From Zygnema circumcarinatum SAG 698-1b (lineage: Eukaryota > Plantae > Zygnematophyceae), in NCBI GenBank assembly GCA_037447605.1, contig CM074811.1, forward strand, positions 62,001 through 126,000: a stretch of DNA of 64,000 nt, written 5' to 3'. The notes below the pieces were generated by a model that was not told where the DNA came from, searched no databases, and saw only the letters and a program-made list of their open reading frames with translations. A program made the translations under genes and the position numbers. Positions 11,677 to 25,452 of the stretch are shown piece by piece; the stretch's first letter is position 1; the number at the start of each line of letters is the position of its first letter.

Positions 11677-14600
11677 TGAAGACAGTGAACCAGACGGATG
11701 TAGCGTAGTGGAGCTGCGCTCGACGGATCCGCGTCAGTTCAGTCGTACTTGACATATGCCTCTTCAGTGTCACGGACCGGCATAATCCAGGAGCTGCCGA
11801 CGGAGAATGCGAGAAGGCGNNNNNNNNNNAGCATTATTCTATCCTGCTTGGCTCAGATTGGCTCATTGCAATGGGGGCACAGATCGACTTTTCTACGTGT
11901 CAGCTGCACTTATCTGCTGGCGGGACAGATTGCTCCTTCCCCATCATCCTCGAGTCCCTTGCCACCTCCGCCTTCCCCAAACGACACGCCACGGCGCAGG
12001 TCTCCTACCCAGAGATCAACATGTACCATGCGGTCGGCAGTACCCCATTCTTCCTATGGATCTGCCAATTTTGATACCGCAGGACGAGACTCCCTCCTCA
12101 AGCCCTCCGTGTCCAAATTTCCCCTCTCAAGGTGCCTAATTTGAAGAACTTTTTGCCACGGGTGATAAAGGCCGCATCCAACTTTCCCCTTACCTAGACC
12201 ATCGCTGATGAAAGAGTGGCCGAAGATGAGGGACATGCGATCAGCCGCCAGCATTTCGCACTCCACCGGCATTCGCACTATGGCCAGTGCCGGCAACCAA
12301 GAATCACCTAGTTTTTGCCCTCCCGCCATGCACCTCGCCACACGGAAGACCCACTGACAGCATCACATCGATATCGAGATTCCCCCCCCGCTGATGAATT
12401 TTCTCATGACCCTTATCGCTTCCACGCCCTTCAACAGTCGGCTGTCAAAGCATTTATCATGAGAATGTGGTCACGGACATGGAACCCGTGAGAAGGACCT
12501 TGGGCCAGCCCGGCCGTTTTGCCACCAAAGCCGGATGGCACACTTCGCTTCTGTGGAGACTATCGGAAACTGAACGCAGTGACGAAGTGGGATCCCTATA
12601 CATTGCCGGATGTGGACCTTATCCTCCACGGCGTCTCCCCTGATGACCAGTGGTTCTCAGCACTGGATATGTAGAAGTCCTTCCTCGCGCATCCTCGCGA
12701 TGTGCCGACGGCCGCAAGACGTGGCTTCGCGACGCCACACGCCTGCGGTAGTGGACAAAGGCTTCCCTTGGGCTCAAGAATTTGCAGCCACACCGGCCAA
12801 CTGTGCTCCGTCCGCCGCTTCTCTCGCGAAACCGTATGTGGATGATGCTTCCTCCACAAAGAAGGGATCGTCCCTCCCACCCTCAACACCATATCACTGG
12901 CACGGGAATACCATCAACAAGGCGCTGCTTGGAAGATTGCCCCCCAAAGAAATGCAGGCAAGTGGGGCCATCAAGAGATCACTCACCTGGGGACATCGCC
13001 TTGGCATCAATGGACCGGCCATCACCGGACAAAATGGGAGGCCATCGACCTCATGCCGCCCACGTAACCTCACTCACCAAATCTTCTTGGGACTCACCTC
13101 ATTCCCTATCTTCTGCTCATCAAGGGCTATGCCCTTTATCAAGGCTGCCCCTTACATGCCTTGGAGAAACACGGAGTTCATTACTTAATGGAAATGCAGC
13201 GCAGACTGGCCCTTCCATGCCTGGGCAGTGCCTCCCCTTCGTGCCCCTTGCTCAGACTGGCTCCGACCCCACCCCCTCGCCACAATCACTGACCGAGTCG
13301 ACTTCCTGCTTTGGGGCAAAGGGCTGGCCAAGTACTCCTCCCATGGGGAAACACCCGCCGCTATGCTAGTGGTCTGTTTCGAAATTGAGACTGCCATGCC
13401 TTACCTGGGCTTAGGCAAATGGGCTATTCTCTCAAGTAATTCTAGGAAGTTTGGGTTTTACGTACTCTTACCAGCCTATCATTATTCGGATCACTACACG
13501 CCACTCACTTGGCCGCGACATCATGGCTACCCTACCACCCAAGTTTGCACGCTAGTGATGAAGTTGAGGAGTATACCGTACTCAAGGTCACCACCCCTGA
13601 CGGAGCCACCGCTAATGCATTTGGCCCTCACCGAACTGGCCGGCTCCACTCCTCCACACGACCGGCCGCCTCGAACTCCATCCCCCACCTTACCCTTCTT
13701 GAACTCCCCGGAGCATTCCCATCGAGATTTTATTACAGCCTCAAGACCTCGCATGATGTCATATTCGCAGATGGGCTGATTGATATTCCGGCCACGGCCA
13801 CCACCCTCCATCGCTGGCAAGACCCTGACTTCACCCACGGCCACCCTCATGCGGATCCTTGGGAACTCCTCATGGATGACGACGGCGAAGCTCCCTTTCT
13901 TCCTCCCCACTTCCCTAGTGCCAATGATCGCCCACTCGACTCCTCTTCGCTGCTACGCCATGACTGGCCACACGCCCCTTTATCACCGACACCGCAGGGC
14001 CCCTGGCCAGCTCTCGCCGAACTCTCTCTCCTCTGATGATGATGGTCGATTCTCTACCTCCCTCCCCCTGCTCTCCCCCAACGAAATGGCATGAGATCCC
14101 GGATGTCGCCCACGATGCCCACCGCCGGATTCCACCTGGGCTTAAGAAGATGGTCGCCATGTTGCAGAGGCCACATCGCCCAGACTCATGGCGCAGTTGA
14201 GCCGATACGCCAAACCTCGCACTGCTGCTAATCAAACGCTGGGTAAGCGCCTCAGCCCCCGGCCAACCCCAGAGATGGGTGAGATCCTCGGCTACGGTGG
14301 GCGCTGCGTAAGATTGGAAATATCGACATTCTTTTTCTATCCCCACCCCTCCTCGCTACATTCGGTATATTCCTAGCAAAGGGACGTGCATACACCAAAT
14401 GGGTGGAAGTTCACGGATGTAATTCGCCATTCCGCTTCACTCGCTGCCTCCGACGGGCTATCATTCACCGGCCACTTCTCCCCTACTCGCTCACTCCATA
14501 ATGGTAATCAATACAAGGCGGCGCTTTAAGCAAGCCTACATATGCAAAGACTTCCTCACATCATTCATCGTAGCATCTCTACCCCTTGGCGTAATGGGCT

Positions 14601-16506
14601 TGCGTAACGTACTCTCATACGTGACCGGCCAAGGACGCTGCGGTGTTCAAGCGGGTCGCGAGCCTGAAAGGCGGATCGGCGCGCAGGTCATCCCCTCCTA
14701 CGGTTCCACTGCAACACTGCGCACCTCCACCGCTCTTCCCTTCTCGCCAGCCTCTATGGCCGTGAAGTCTCCGCGATTCCTCGCCACTCTCCTCCTCTCA
14801 CAGCCCCTCTTCTACTTTACGCGACGCGCCTCCCCGTGATCGGTAGCTCCAGCCTTCAGCCCCGCCCTCCTCGGCCTCCAAACCCTAGATTCCATGGCCT
14901 CCCACCACCTCGATCACAAGACAGACGCATAACTCACCGGACTTTGGGAGGGCGCCGACGCTGGCCGCTTCCTCCCCGCCCCAAAGTCGCGCCACGCCGC
15001 CTCATTTGGCTCGAATTCGCCAAACCGACTAACGTGGCTTTTCCTGGGTTAAATTCTTCATTTGTGTCGGCCGCTTCTGGAGATCCTGTACCGGCCATCA
15101 TTTCTAAGGCCCTCACTTCCCAGCGGAAACGCCCGCAAGGCCGGGCGCTCACACCGGATCGACATTCGTACGCCACGCCGCCGTTCCTCCCCCGGCGAAG
15201 TCGCATCGCTGGCGCAATCGGATGCCGCTGCCTCCTCCTCCCACCGCCACGCACTAATTCTCATCGTCCATTTCTAATTCCCCCGCCCACTTTTGCCACT
15301 TCGCCAACATTTCTCGGCCACCGCCGCCTCCGGCGGTCATGCCACCCCTCCCCATTGCCGCACGTACACGGAAGCCCACATGGCCACCGATTCCGCCATC
15401 AAGGCCTCCTCGCCCCTCGCTAATATCAAGCTTCTCCCCTTCCTTCTTTCTCCTTTCATCATACCAAGTAGGGCGCCAAGGCTTGTTTCGCAGACAAGAA
15501 GCATGTATGGCGCGAGGGAGCGCGCTGGACGGATCTGCTGCTGCCGGGGCTGTACTTGATATATGCTCTTTTCAGCTGGCTACGGACCGTATAATCTGTG
15601 AGCTCGCCGAATGAGAATGGTAAGGCGGCGCTATGCGCTGGCGCCTACTTTACGCGATACTCAATATCCGCCAAGGGGCGCACTCGAAGCGCTGCATAAT
15701 GCCGCCATTGTCATTTGTTGACCTATCGGCGTTCCACGTAGCTGGGCCAAAGTTTCTTCAGCCAAGGCCAGTTAATCGTAGATTGCCACCGCGAGACTCC
15801 GGGATCTACTATCGCTGGCGCTAGATGGGAATGTATGCTAGTTTCTTGTCTTTTAGTGCCGGGCTTAGCATTTGTATTTGCCGGTGGTGGTTTGTTGTCT
15901 TGTTCTTTTTTGTCAGCTTCTTCACCGTAAAAGAACAGACATGCTAAGGTAAGAGAGAGAGAAAGAGAGTTCCATCGCATGTAGAGAAAGAGAGAAAGAG
16001 TCTTCTTGTCATAGCATTTGGGACATCCCATTCACCCAAATTAGACAAAGATTTCAAAGTGAGAAGACACTTTCTTGGGAGCCGACGCATCCCCACTAAT
16101 CACGGGTCGGGTGAGTTTCCAAAACACAACCTTTATCTAAGTTGAGTCCTATTTGCCCTTTGTTGTCACTATGTCAAGCTACCATCTTGTGAAATCCTGC
16201 CTTATGCTCCGCCCAATGACCAATGATAACTAGAAGCCTAGCTAAGAGAATAGCCGGGGAGAGGACAGGGGAAGAGAGCCCCCAAGGAAGGGCTCTTTGC
16301 GCATCAAGTCCAGCCGCCAGTGGGAACATCTTCAGGATCCCTACGTCTTCCGCTGCGCGTACCTCTGAATCCCCCGGATCCTGGCTCTATGCTGCAGGCA
16401 GACCCACAGCACCAACCCAACCCTTCATCAGTTTCAGCACGGACGCGCGAGTGGCCGTACAGCACTTGCAACTAGCTCAGCAGTCTCCCCTTAACCCCAC
16501 TTATCT
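11677..16506 (+). mobile_element. Ty3/Gypsy family G1, indel-rich copy (LTR, gap, PR-RT-IN, LTR)
   Basis: 11677-11819 matches the LTR at ~22330. 11831-15500 is collinear with 19510-22330, with some near-identical blocks between indel-dense blocks. LTR ~15500-16506. Confidence 0.75.
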
Positions 16507-16518
16507 TGGTATCAGAGC

Positions 16519-18996
16519 TGAAGGTTTGGCAGATCCACGTACCTTGATACGTGAGGCTGCCGATCCTGTGACCCGTGTCACAGCCGCCATGGATGAAGAG
16601 CTGCAACAAGAGGGACAAGCAGATCTTCATGAGTTTTCAGATGAAGACTTGGGACTTCAAGAAGATCAGACGATCGGAAATCCAAGGACGGATTCAGACT
16701 CAGAGGAAGAAGCAGTCAGAGAAAGACTAAAGATGGGCATCACAGAAGAGAACCCTTATCCTAGTTTGGCTTACCTTGAGCAGATCGAGTCGATTGAAGA
16801 ACTGCAGCGACTCCATCTAGGCAGTGATGGCCATAGGTTTCGCTGGCGATATGCACGCAGGATGATCAAGTTGGCAGCTTGCCCAGTTGCTGTCATGGCC
16901 GCAGATGCCGTGAAGAGAGGAGTTCCGTTCGAACCTGAGATCCCCCCTGCGGCCCACCAGAGACAGAACCCACGGGATCTCAGTCGGATAACTACTGCAC
17001 CAGGAGTCCCTTCCAGCACAGCAGCGACACGCAGTCCCACAGCAGAACAGGGGATTCCTCAGAAGACACCCTCACCTCCGGCGTTCGCAACTTACCCATC
17101 CAGCAGCCCCAGGCGACCGGCTTCAAGGACAAGGGCGGGACGATCGCAAGGACCCTCCAGCTTTCGCACCAACCTGCAGAGAAGCACACGTTTCAGATCT
17201 GAGGTTCCCAGCAAGATGGAAGAGATGATGACAAAACTGATAGCCATGATTCCTGAAAAGAGTGAGGTGAGAGATACCACGGGCATCATCACTAGAGGAT
17301 TCACCGGAAAGCAGGAAGATGCAGAAGCCTGGCTGAGACATCTTGAGGAGAAGGCTGCGCAAGCAGACCTGAAAGAGGACCAGTGGGTCAAGCTGGCCCT
17401 TGGAGCGCTGGAAGGAGAGGCAGTCAATTGGAAGCTGTCCCGAAACTGGCACAAAGCGGATGTCGTCGGCACCCTGACAAGGGACACATTCAAGCAAGCT
17501 TTCAGACAACGCTGGATTTCAGATCCAATCACTGTGCTAGACCGACTTCGCTACATAGAGTGCTATAGTGATGAGCGGCTGTTTGAATTCACTGAGCGTT
17601 TTGTGCGCATGGCAAATACGATCGAGAACTTACCTGACTTTCCAGAGGTTCTCCAGTGGTTCCGCAAGGCCATCAGCGAGAAAGATCTTCACCTGGATCG
17701 TGAGCTGCTCGACAACCCACCAGTAGATGCCCAGGCTTTGTTAGAAAGGGTAGAGCAAATTCAGAAAGATCAAGAGAGAGGCAACCGACATGTCCGTCCA
17801 CACTACATGAATGCTACTGATCCACGTCAGGATCGACTATATCAGCAATTCCTGAAGACCCAGAATCAGCAGCTGTATGATCCTTACGCAGCAGCTTCCA
17901 GGAACAAGCCGTCTTTCTCTGGCATCCTTGCTCAGGACGTCCGGGCAGCCCCTGTGGTGCAGCCTCTGGCTATAGCCAGCACGACCAAGCTCCTTCCCCC
18001 TTCTCCATACCCTCATGATCCTGCGCATCCCATTGAGCCTTTGGTGAATCCTCACATACCCGATGTTCCTCGTCCAGGATATCGGGGTCCTTATTCCGAT
18101 CGCACACCCGAAGAGAGAGAAGCTGCCAGAGCCGATTTGCGCCGTCGGATGACAAAGGCAGGGGTTCCAGAGGGCGTTGTCTAGCCTGCGACACGAATCA
18201 TAACCCGAGGCTGCGCTGTGGACCATGGACCTGCACCTTCTGCCAGATCACGGGACATGATGCCCGTGTATGCATGCGGAGACTCTCCAGTGAGAAAGCT
18301 CGAAAGGGGAAGGATGCAGCTGCAAGGAGCTCTCCTGCAGAGATCACTTTCATGGACATGCTCCCGGCTACTCGCACACCATCGAGAAATCCTCCCCCCT
18401 TTCGCCCTCATCCACCTCCTTCACCCTCTTATACCATCCTGCAACGTCCGCCGATCCATCTGCATCCTATGGAGTCCCCTTCCTTGACAAACGCCTTAGG
18501 GGCCGAGTCCGATCTGGCTGCCCGCGCACGCACTGCGCCGATTGCCGCAGCATTGCAACCGGCTTGGTCTGAATCCCCCATCGATTTTGAGGAGGGCGCT
18601 CACGCCCGTATCGCACAGATTGCAGCGGCCTTGCGCAGGCTCCCTGTGAATCAGAGTGATCCTCATTCGCATCCCCTGCCATTCCTCCCTGCCAATGTCA
18701 ACGGCGCCAGCTCCTCTGGCACTGCTCCACCGGTTACCCCCCCTGTCAGGCGAACTTCCGTCCTCCCTCCTTCCACGGGTCATCCCTTGGGATCCATGCC
18801 TGAGGAGGAAACTGACGATCTCACTGAGGAGGAGCCGACAGCGGCACAGCCGGAGCCGACAGCGCTAGTGACGGAAGAAATGCACGTGAACCCTCCCCAT
18901 CGCCCTCGGGCAGCCCGTTTCTACCCCCAAGCAGCCGATCGTCGACCACCTCCCCCGACAGATGGCGTATCCCTGATTGAACGCATGGTTCATTAG
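16519..18996 (+). pseudogene. gag: G1 gag (capsid plus CCHC knuckle), frameshifted
   Basis: Retrotransposon gag core (FTGKQEDAEAWLRHLEE...W...F). After a 1-nt shift at ~18175 the other frame reads CTFCQITGHDARVC (CX2CX4HX4C). In-frame TAG at 18994-18996. Confidence 0.8.
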
Positions 18997-18999
18997 CTC

Positions 19000-21900
19000 A
19001 TGGGGGACAAGGCTAAGATCGGAATTACCTTGTCACAGTTGATGCAGCTGGTTCCAGGTGCTGCAGCCGTCGTTCGTAAGCTGGCCGACAGCGCAGAGGC
19101 CACCCTGCGGCCTCCCACGGTTCCCATGGCACCTCCTCCGGACATCCCCTCGCCGGCAGATATACACCACATGGCCACGGCGCCTCTTCCAGACCCAGTT
19201 CGCTCTCCCCGCCAGCCTCCTCGCCAGATTCATGTCCTCCCTCTGATCCCAACACCCAACGTGCGAATCATCGTCAATGTATGGCTGAACGGCCATCCCA
19301 GCAAGGCCATGATCGACACAGGAGCTATGCGCACAGTTCTGTCCAAACCAGTGATGAAGGCTACAGGGGTTAAGTTGGACAAGACGCTCGAACCCATCCC
19401 CAGATATGTGGGGGTTGAGGGGAGTCTACATGAAGGTTTGGGCAGTGCCCAAGTGATCATCAGCCTTGGAGAGATGGGAGCCACGGTGAATGCGGTCATC
19501 ACAGCCGCTGAGCATTATTCTATCCTGCTTGGCTCAGATTGGCTCATTGCAATGGGGGCACAGATCGACTTTTCTACGTGTCAGCTGCACTTATCTGCTG
19601 GCGGGACAGATTGCTCCTTCCCCATCATCCTCGAGTCCCTTGCCACCTCCGCCTTCCCCAAACGACACGCCACGGCGCAGGTCTCCTACCCTGAGATCAA
19701 CATGTACCATGCGGTCGGCAGTCCCCATTCTTCCTATGGATCTGCCAATTCTGATACCGAGGACGAGACTCCCCCTCCTGCTCCTCCGGGTCCAGCCCTC
19801 TGTGTGCTCATGAGACTCTTTGGCTGCGGCCACAGCTGCATCTGTTCCCGATCAGCACCATCAGTGAGGAAAGAAGGAAGTCACATAGGGACAGATACGG
19901 ATTGGGGCCAGGCAGCTATTCTCAGGTCCAATCAAGCATTCGCAATTGCGACAAGTGCTGCGCCGCAATCACCTAGTTTTTGCCCGCCATGCACTCGACA
20001 TCGGAAAGACCCACCTGATTGAGCATCACATCGATACGGGAGATTCCCCCCCAGTGATGACCATGACCCCTTATCGCTTTTCCGCTGCTCAACAGGCCGA
20101 TGTCGAAAGACAGATCGATGAGAATGTGGCTGCCGGATTGATGGAACCCGGAGAAGGACCTTGGGCCAGCCCGGCCGTTTTGCCACCAAAGCCGGATGGC
20201 ACACTTCGCTTCTGTGGAGACTATCGGAAACTGAACGCAGTGACGAAGTGGGATCCCTATACATTGCCGGATGTGGACCTTATCCTCCACGGCGTCTCCC
20301 CTGATGACCAGTGGTTCTCAGCACTGGATATGCAGAAGTCCTTCTGGCAGATCCCTTTGCGACAGGCCGATCGCTGCAAGACAGGGCTTCGCACGGCCAC
20401 ACGCTTCGTGCAGTGGACAGTGCTTCCCTTTGGGCTCAAGAATTCCAGCCAAACTCACCAGCGCCTGGCCAACCAGGTCTTCGGTCCCTGTCGCGCCTTC
20501 TGCGAACCGTATGTGGATGATGCTTCCCTCCACAGCAAGGATTGGTCCTCCCACCTGCAACACATTGACCAAGTACTGCAACAGCTCATCAGTGCGCGTT
20601 TGAAGATTGCCCCCAAGAAATGCAAGTGGGGCCATCAGGAGATCACTCACCTAGGACATCGTCTTGGCATCAATGGACTGAAGCCATCACTCGACAAAAT
20701 TGAGGCCATTGACCTCATGCCAGTTCCACAGAACCTCACTCAGCTCAAATCTTTCTTGGGACTCACCTCNNNNNNNNNNTCTTCTGCGTTACGTCATGAC
20801 TCACACACTGCCCCCTTTTATCACTGACACCGAGAGGGCTCGGCTGCTCCGCCGCGCTCGGAACTTCTCTGTTGATGATGATGGTCAGATTCTCTACCTC
20901 CCCTCCGGCCTTCCTGTTCCTTTCCCCAACGAGCGCATGGAGATCCTGGATGTCGCCCACGATGCCCAGCCGGCCGGATTCCACCTTGGCCAGAAGAAGA
21001 TGGTCGCCATGTTGCAGGAGCGCTATTACTGGCCCAGACTCCATGGCGCAGTGAGCCGATACGTCGAAACCTGCACCCGTTGCCAACGCGGCAAGCGCTC
21101 TGCTCCCCCCGACCGCCAACCCCTAGAGATGGGTGAGATCCCGATACGAGGCGTTGCAGAAGATTGGAACATTGACACCTTTTCTATCCCCCAGCTCGGC
21201 ACCCCCTCTGGCTACATTCGGGTATTCCTAGCAGTGGACAGATACACCAAATGGGTGGAAGTTCACGTGACAGAATCTAAGCATTCCGTTCACTCTGCTC
21301 GTCTCCTGACGGCCATCATTCACCGTCACTCTCTCCCCTACTCTGTTCACTCTGACAATGGCACCGAATACAAGGCGGCGTTTGCCAAGCTCATGCAAGA
21401 CTTCCGCATCATTCACCGCACCTCTAGCCCCTACTCCCCTTGGCAGAATGGGCTTGCAGAACGTACCATACAGACCGTCAAGGACGCGTGTGTTCGCGGC
21501 TGCGCGGAGCTGGAGGCGGACTGGCGCGAGGTCATCCCCTCCATGGTCTTCACTTGCAACACTTCGGTGCACTCCTCCACTGGCTTCTCTCCCTTCGAGC
21601 TCCTCTATGGCCGTAAGCCCCGCATTCCCCTTGACCTCCTCTCTGCTGAGCCCCTCTTCTACGATGACGCGCCTCCCCCAGATCGGGTAGCCCAGCTTCA
21701 GCTCCTGGCCCTCCGCTTCCAAACCCTAAATTCCATGGCCTCCCACCACCTCGAACGCGCGCACAGACGACAACTCACTGACTTTGGGAGGCGCCGACGC
21801 GCTGCTCTCCCGCCCAATCAGGTCGTGCCACGTCAGCTCATTTTGGCTCAGGAATCTCGCCAAACCGACTCAACGGGCTTTTCCCTGGTTGGGCCCTTCC
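19000..21900 (+). pseudogene. pol: G1 pol: aspartic protease, RT, (RNase H in gap), integrase
   Basis: MIDTGA protease, RT with PFGLKN and YVDD, integrase HHCC (H..H..CTRC) and D,D(35)E (IDTF, SDNGTEY, NGLAER). The PR-RT-IN order is Ty3/Gypsy. Confidence 0.9.
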
Positions 21901-23445
21901 ATTTGTGTCGGTCCGTCCGAGATTCCGGGCTGGGCCATCATTTCGGAAGGCCTGACTCAGTGGGGAATGCCCGGCGTTGGCGCGCTCAGACTGGATCGAC
22001 ATCCGTGCCTCCACGCCGGGTTGGCTTCCTCCCTCGCACTGGCCTGGACGCTCACGGTCTCGAGGACATTGTGGCTTCTCTCACCTCCTCATGACCAGCC
22101 TCACTTGTCCATTCCCGCCACTTTTTGCCACTTCGCCAACATTTCGCCAGCCGGCCGTCTCTTCCGATGCGGTCATGCCACCCCTCCCCATTGCCGAATG
22201 TACGCGGAAGCTTCTCCACACGGCCACCGACTCGCCTCCCGTCCACGTCATCATTGGCTCCTCCCCTGCCCTTTGTCTCTTCTTCATTGCGCCCGCAGGG
22301 GCGTGCGCTTGTTTCCCCCCCCCGGCATGTGCTACAGATGTAGCTAACGGAGCTGCGCTCGACGGATCCGCGTCCGTTCAGTTGTACTTGACATATGCCT
22401 CTTCAGTGTCACGGACCGGCATAATCCAGGAGCTGCCGACGGAGAATGCGAGAAGGCGGCGCCATGTGTTGGCGGCCCACGGAACAACACACCATCCAGC
22501 AAGGCTCACTCGAAGTGCCGCATATGCGTCGATTGTCATTTGTTGACCTATCAGAAGGTCCACGGAGTCAGCCAGGCCTCTTAGGTGTAGTTGGCCATTT
22601 GTAGATTGTCACTGCCAGATTTAGGATCTACTATCAGTGATAAGTAGATGGGATGTCAGTGATGCTAGTTTGTCTTTTAGTGCTGGGCTTAGTATTTGTA
22701 TTTGCTGTGTGGTTTGTTGTCTTGTTCTTCTTTTTCTGCCTCTTCAGCTCCAGCAACAGATGCTAAGTAAGAGAGAGAGAGAGAGAGTTCCATTGCATAG
22801 AGAGAAAGAGAAAGAGTCTTCTTGCTGATAGCATTTAGACATCCCATTCAGCCCAGCTAGACAAAGATTTCAGTGAGAAGACACTTTCATTGTAATGACG
22901 ATCCCCAGCCAATCGCTGGCTGGGGTGAGTTTCCAAAACACAACCTTTATCTAAGCTGAGTCCTATTTTNNNNNNNNNNCAACGCCAAAACGACCTAATT
23001 TTGGTATGGTACGACCGTACGACCGTACGAGTACGGTCGTACGGTTGTTAATTGTTCAAAACGAGTGGGTATAATATATGTAATAAAGTGTTTTACTTTG
23101 TACTATATTACTACTTTTAAACCCGTTGTAAAGTATATAATATAGTCGGACTTTATAACGCGGGCCATCCTTAGTCATAATACAGTAGGGGGTCCTCATA
23201 TTTTCCACCCTGGTTCCGGCCAATATGAGGCGAATATATTAATTTTGCATATATAAGGTTCGTGTTACGAATAGACGGGCGGTATTATGTTAGAGTTCAT
23301 GTTGGATCGTACGTATCGTACCGTACCATATCGTGCCGTGTCGTACGATATCGTTTAGAATCGTATCGTATCGTGACATATCGAAGTCAAGAAGACGGGG
23401 AGGAGCGAGCGCCTCTTACGGCGGCACGAGCGGGGAGATCAGGTG

Positions 23446-23700
23446 TAGGGATGGATTAGTTACGATTATATATTATATATTATATTATACAACTGTGACG
23501 AATAGATAACGGCTGATATATATTAATTTACAACGCCTTTACAACATGTACGGTCGTACGGTCGTAAGACTGTACGGTATTATGCGGCCCGAGCACGAGC
23601 AGACAGAGAAAACCAGCGAACGCATTTCGCAACGCCAACGCCAAAACGACCTAATTTTGGTATGGTACGACCGTACGATCGTACAGTACGGTACCGTCCG
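23446..23700 (+). mobile_element. Third hAT MITE copy (5' half), interrupted by copia sequence
   Basis: Starts TAGGGATGGATTAGTTACGA and is collinear with 11535-11676, then with the internal region seen at 22980. Its other end was not found. Confidence 0.75.
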
Positions 23701-25452
23701 ACGTCAGAGTGAATCACAACAATAATGCACAGCGGAATAACAGAGAGAAATGAATAGGAGCAAGCTCTTGGCTCTAAAACTCCTTAATAGTGAATTCACT
23801 CATACATTGAGAGACCCCCTCTCAAATCGGCCGCTCAGCAATCTCACAGCTCACTACCTCACAGCACGAGTAAGTGTAGTGTCGCAACACGAGCGAACAG
23901 CATAACAGAGACTACAACAGCCTGAATGAATTGTTACCCTACATAACAAAAGCCAACCCTTAAATACTATGTCACTACACACGTGACAACAACATGCAAC
24001 GGAGCTAACAACATCGACTAGCGGCCTGCAAGGGCCCTATCCCGATCCTAATCCTGCGCCGTCGGATCCTCGTAGACTCACACGGATCCAGCCCTTTGCT
24101 TCCGTCGGATCCGACTCAGCCTTCCGTTCAATCCACNNNNNNNNNNGCGCGATGTATCTACATCACCGCCCCAATCTGAGTCTGTATAGCCAATCACTCT
24201 GGTTGGCCCCCTCTCATACCTGATCCCATAATCAAGCGTCCCTCTCACATATCTGAATATCCTCTTCACGGCCTCCCAATGCTCGAGGCCCGGATTCTCC
24301 ATGAATCGGCTGGCCGAGCTCACTGCTTTCGCCAGGTCCGGACGCGTTCCAATCATCAGGTACATCAGACTCCCAATCGCAGACCTGTAAGGCACTCCGA
24401 ACATCTTCTGCGCCTCTGCTGCACTCGAAGGTGACATCTCCTTCGACAATCTAGCGCCTATCTCCATCGGGCTGGAGCATGGCCTAGAATCCTCCATGTG
24501 GAACCGGGCAAGGACATCCGATGCATACTTCTTCTGACACAAGAATAAGGTGCCATCCTGCCCCCTCTTCAGCTGCATCCCAAGCAGATACATTATGAGA
24601 ACTCTTTCGTCAACATAGATCCCGACAAACATGATGTCCGCCCCCTCTCCTTGACGGTACACGGAATGATCTGTTTCGAATCGGTCGAAACCATTCCTCC
24701 TCAGAAGATCATCTATCTTCTCGTACCACACTCTGGGCGCCTGCTTCAAACCATATAGGCTCTTCACTAGTCGACAGACTAGGTGTTCCTTTCCTGGGAC
24801 CACCTTCCCCTCCGGCTGCTCCATGTAGATCTCTTCCGTTAGATCTCCGTACAGGAATGCCGTCTTGATGTCCAGCTGATGGACATGCATTCCTTCAGCC
24901 GCTGCAATGGAAATCAAGGCTCTCAAGGAGTTGAACTTTACCACTGGAGCGAAAGTCTCCACGTAGTCAACTCCATACTTCTGGGCGTATCCCTTCGCCA
25001 CTAGCCGCGCCTTGTATCTGTCCACGCTTCCGTCTGCCTTCCTCTTGACTTTGAAGACCCATTTGCAGCCAATAGCTCGCCTCCCTTGAGGCAGCTTCTC
25101 CAACCTCCACGTGCCGTTCTCTATCAAGTTGTCCCACTCGCTATCGATCGCCACCCGCCATTTGTCGCCATCGACTCCGTCGTGCGCTTCCTCAAAGGTC
25201 TGTGGTTCCGTGATCATAAAGCAATGGGCAACTCCCTGCTAGTGTTAGTGTGCTATAGTTAGACATTGTACGGGTTCACACTAACATTGTTGTGGTCCTC
25301 AGTTGGGAAACATGAGATCTGCTAGTAGTGCTCCTAGGAAATACGGTCGGGCCAAATGTCGGTGGCCCGTACGCTTTTCGGGCGCGGAGAATGTCGGCGA
25401 TGTCGGCGGAACCGCGTCAGACCCTTAGTGCGGTCAATGGACTCTGACGAGG
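23700..25452 (-). mobile_element. Ty1/copia fragment C1 (RT to start of RNase H, probable LTR portion)
   Basis: ORF 24078-25217: EPQTFEEA, CKWVFKVK, YKARLVAKGYAQKYGVDY.ETFAPV, QLDIKTAFLYG, LYGLKQAPR, IYVD, YTDSDWGGD. Confidence 0.9.

Larger units (their letters stand above)
15500..22969 (+). mobile_element. Ty3/Gypsy family G1, near-complete copy
   Basis: 5' LTR ~15500-16506, PBS TGGTATCAGAGC (tRNA-iMet) at 16507-16518, then gag, protease, RT and integrase. The 3' LTR starts at ~22329 and is cut by an N gap. Confidence 0.9.
11535..23173 (+). mobile_element. Second hAT MITE copy, split by Gypsy family G1
   Basis: TIR TAGGGATGGC at 11535 and GCCATCCTTA ending at 23173. TSD GTCGTAAT (11527-11534) / GTCATAAT (23174-23181), with one CpG transition. 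The 5' half ends at 11676 and the 3' half resumes at 22980 after an N gap. Confidence 0.8.

Noticed and set aside
18994-19002. In-frame TAG between G1 gag and pol as programmed readthrough
   Set aside because: It falls inside a conserved-looking helix (VH*LMGDK), has no known readthrough context, and a CAG>TAG mutation is simpler.
23182-23260. TA-CAGTAGGGGG as a Tc1/pogo-like terminus
   Set aside because: No partner TIR was found in the window.
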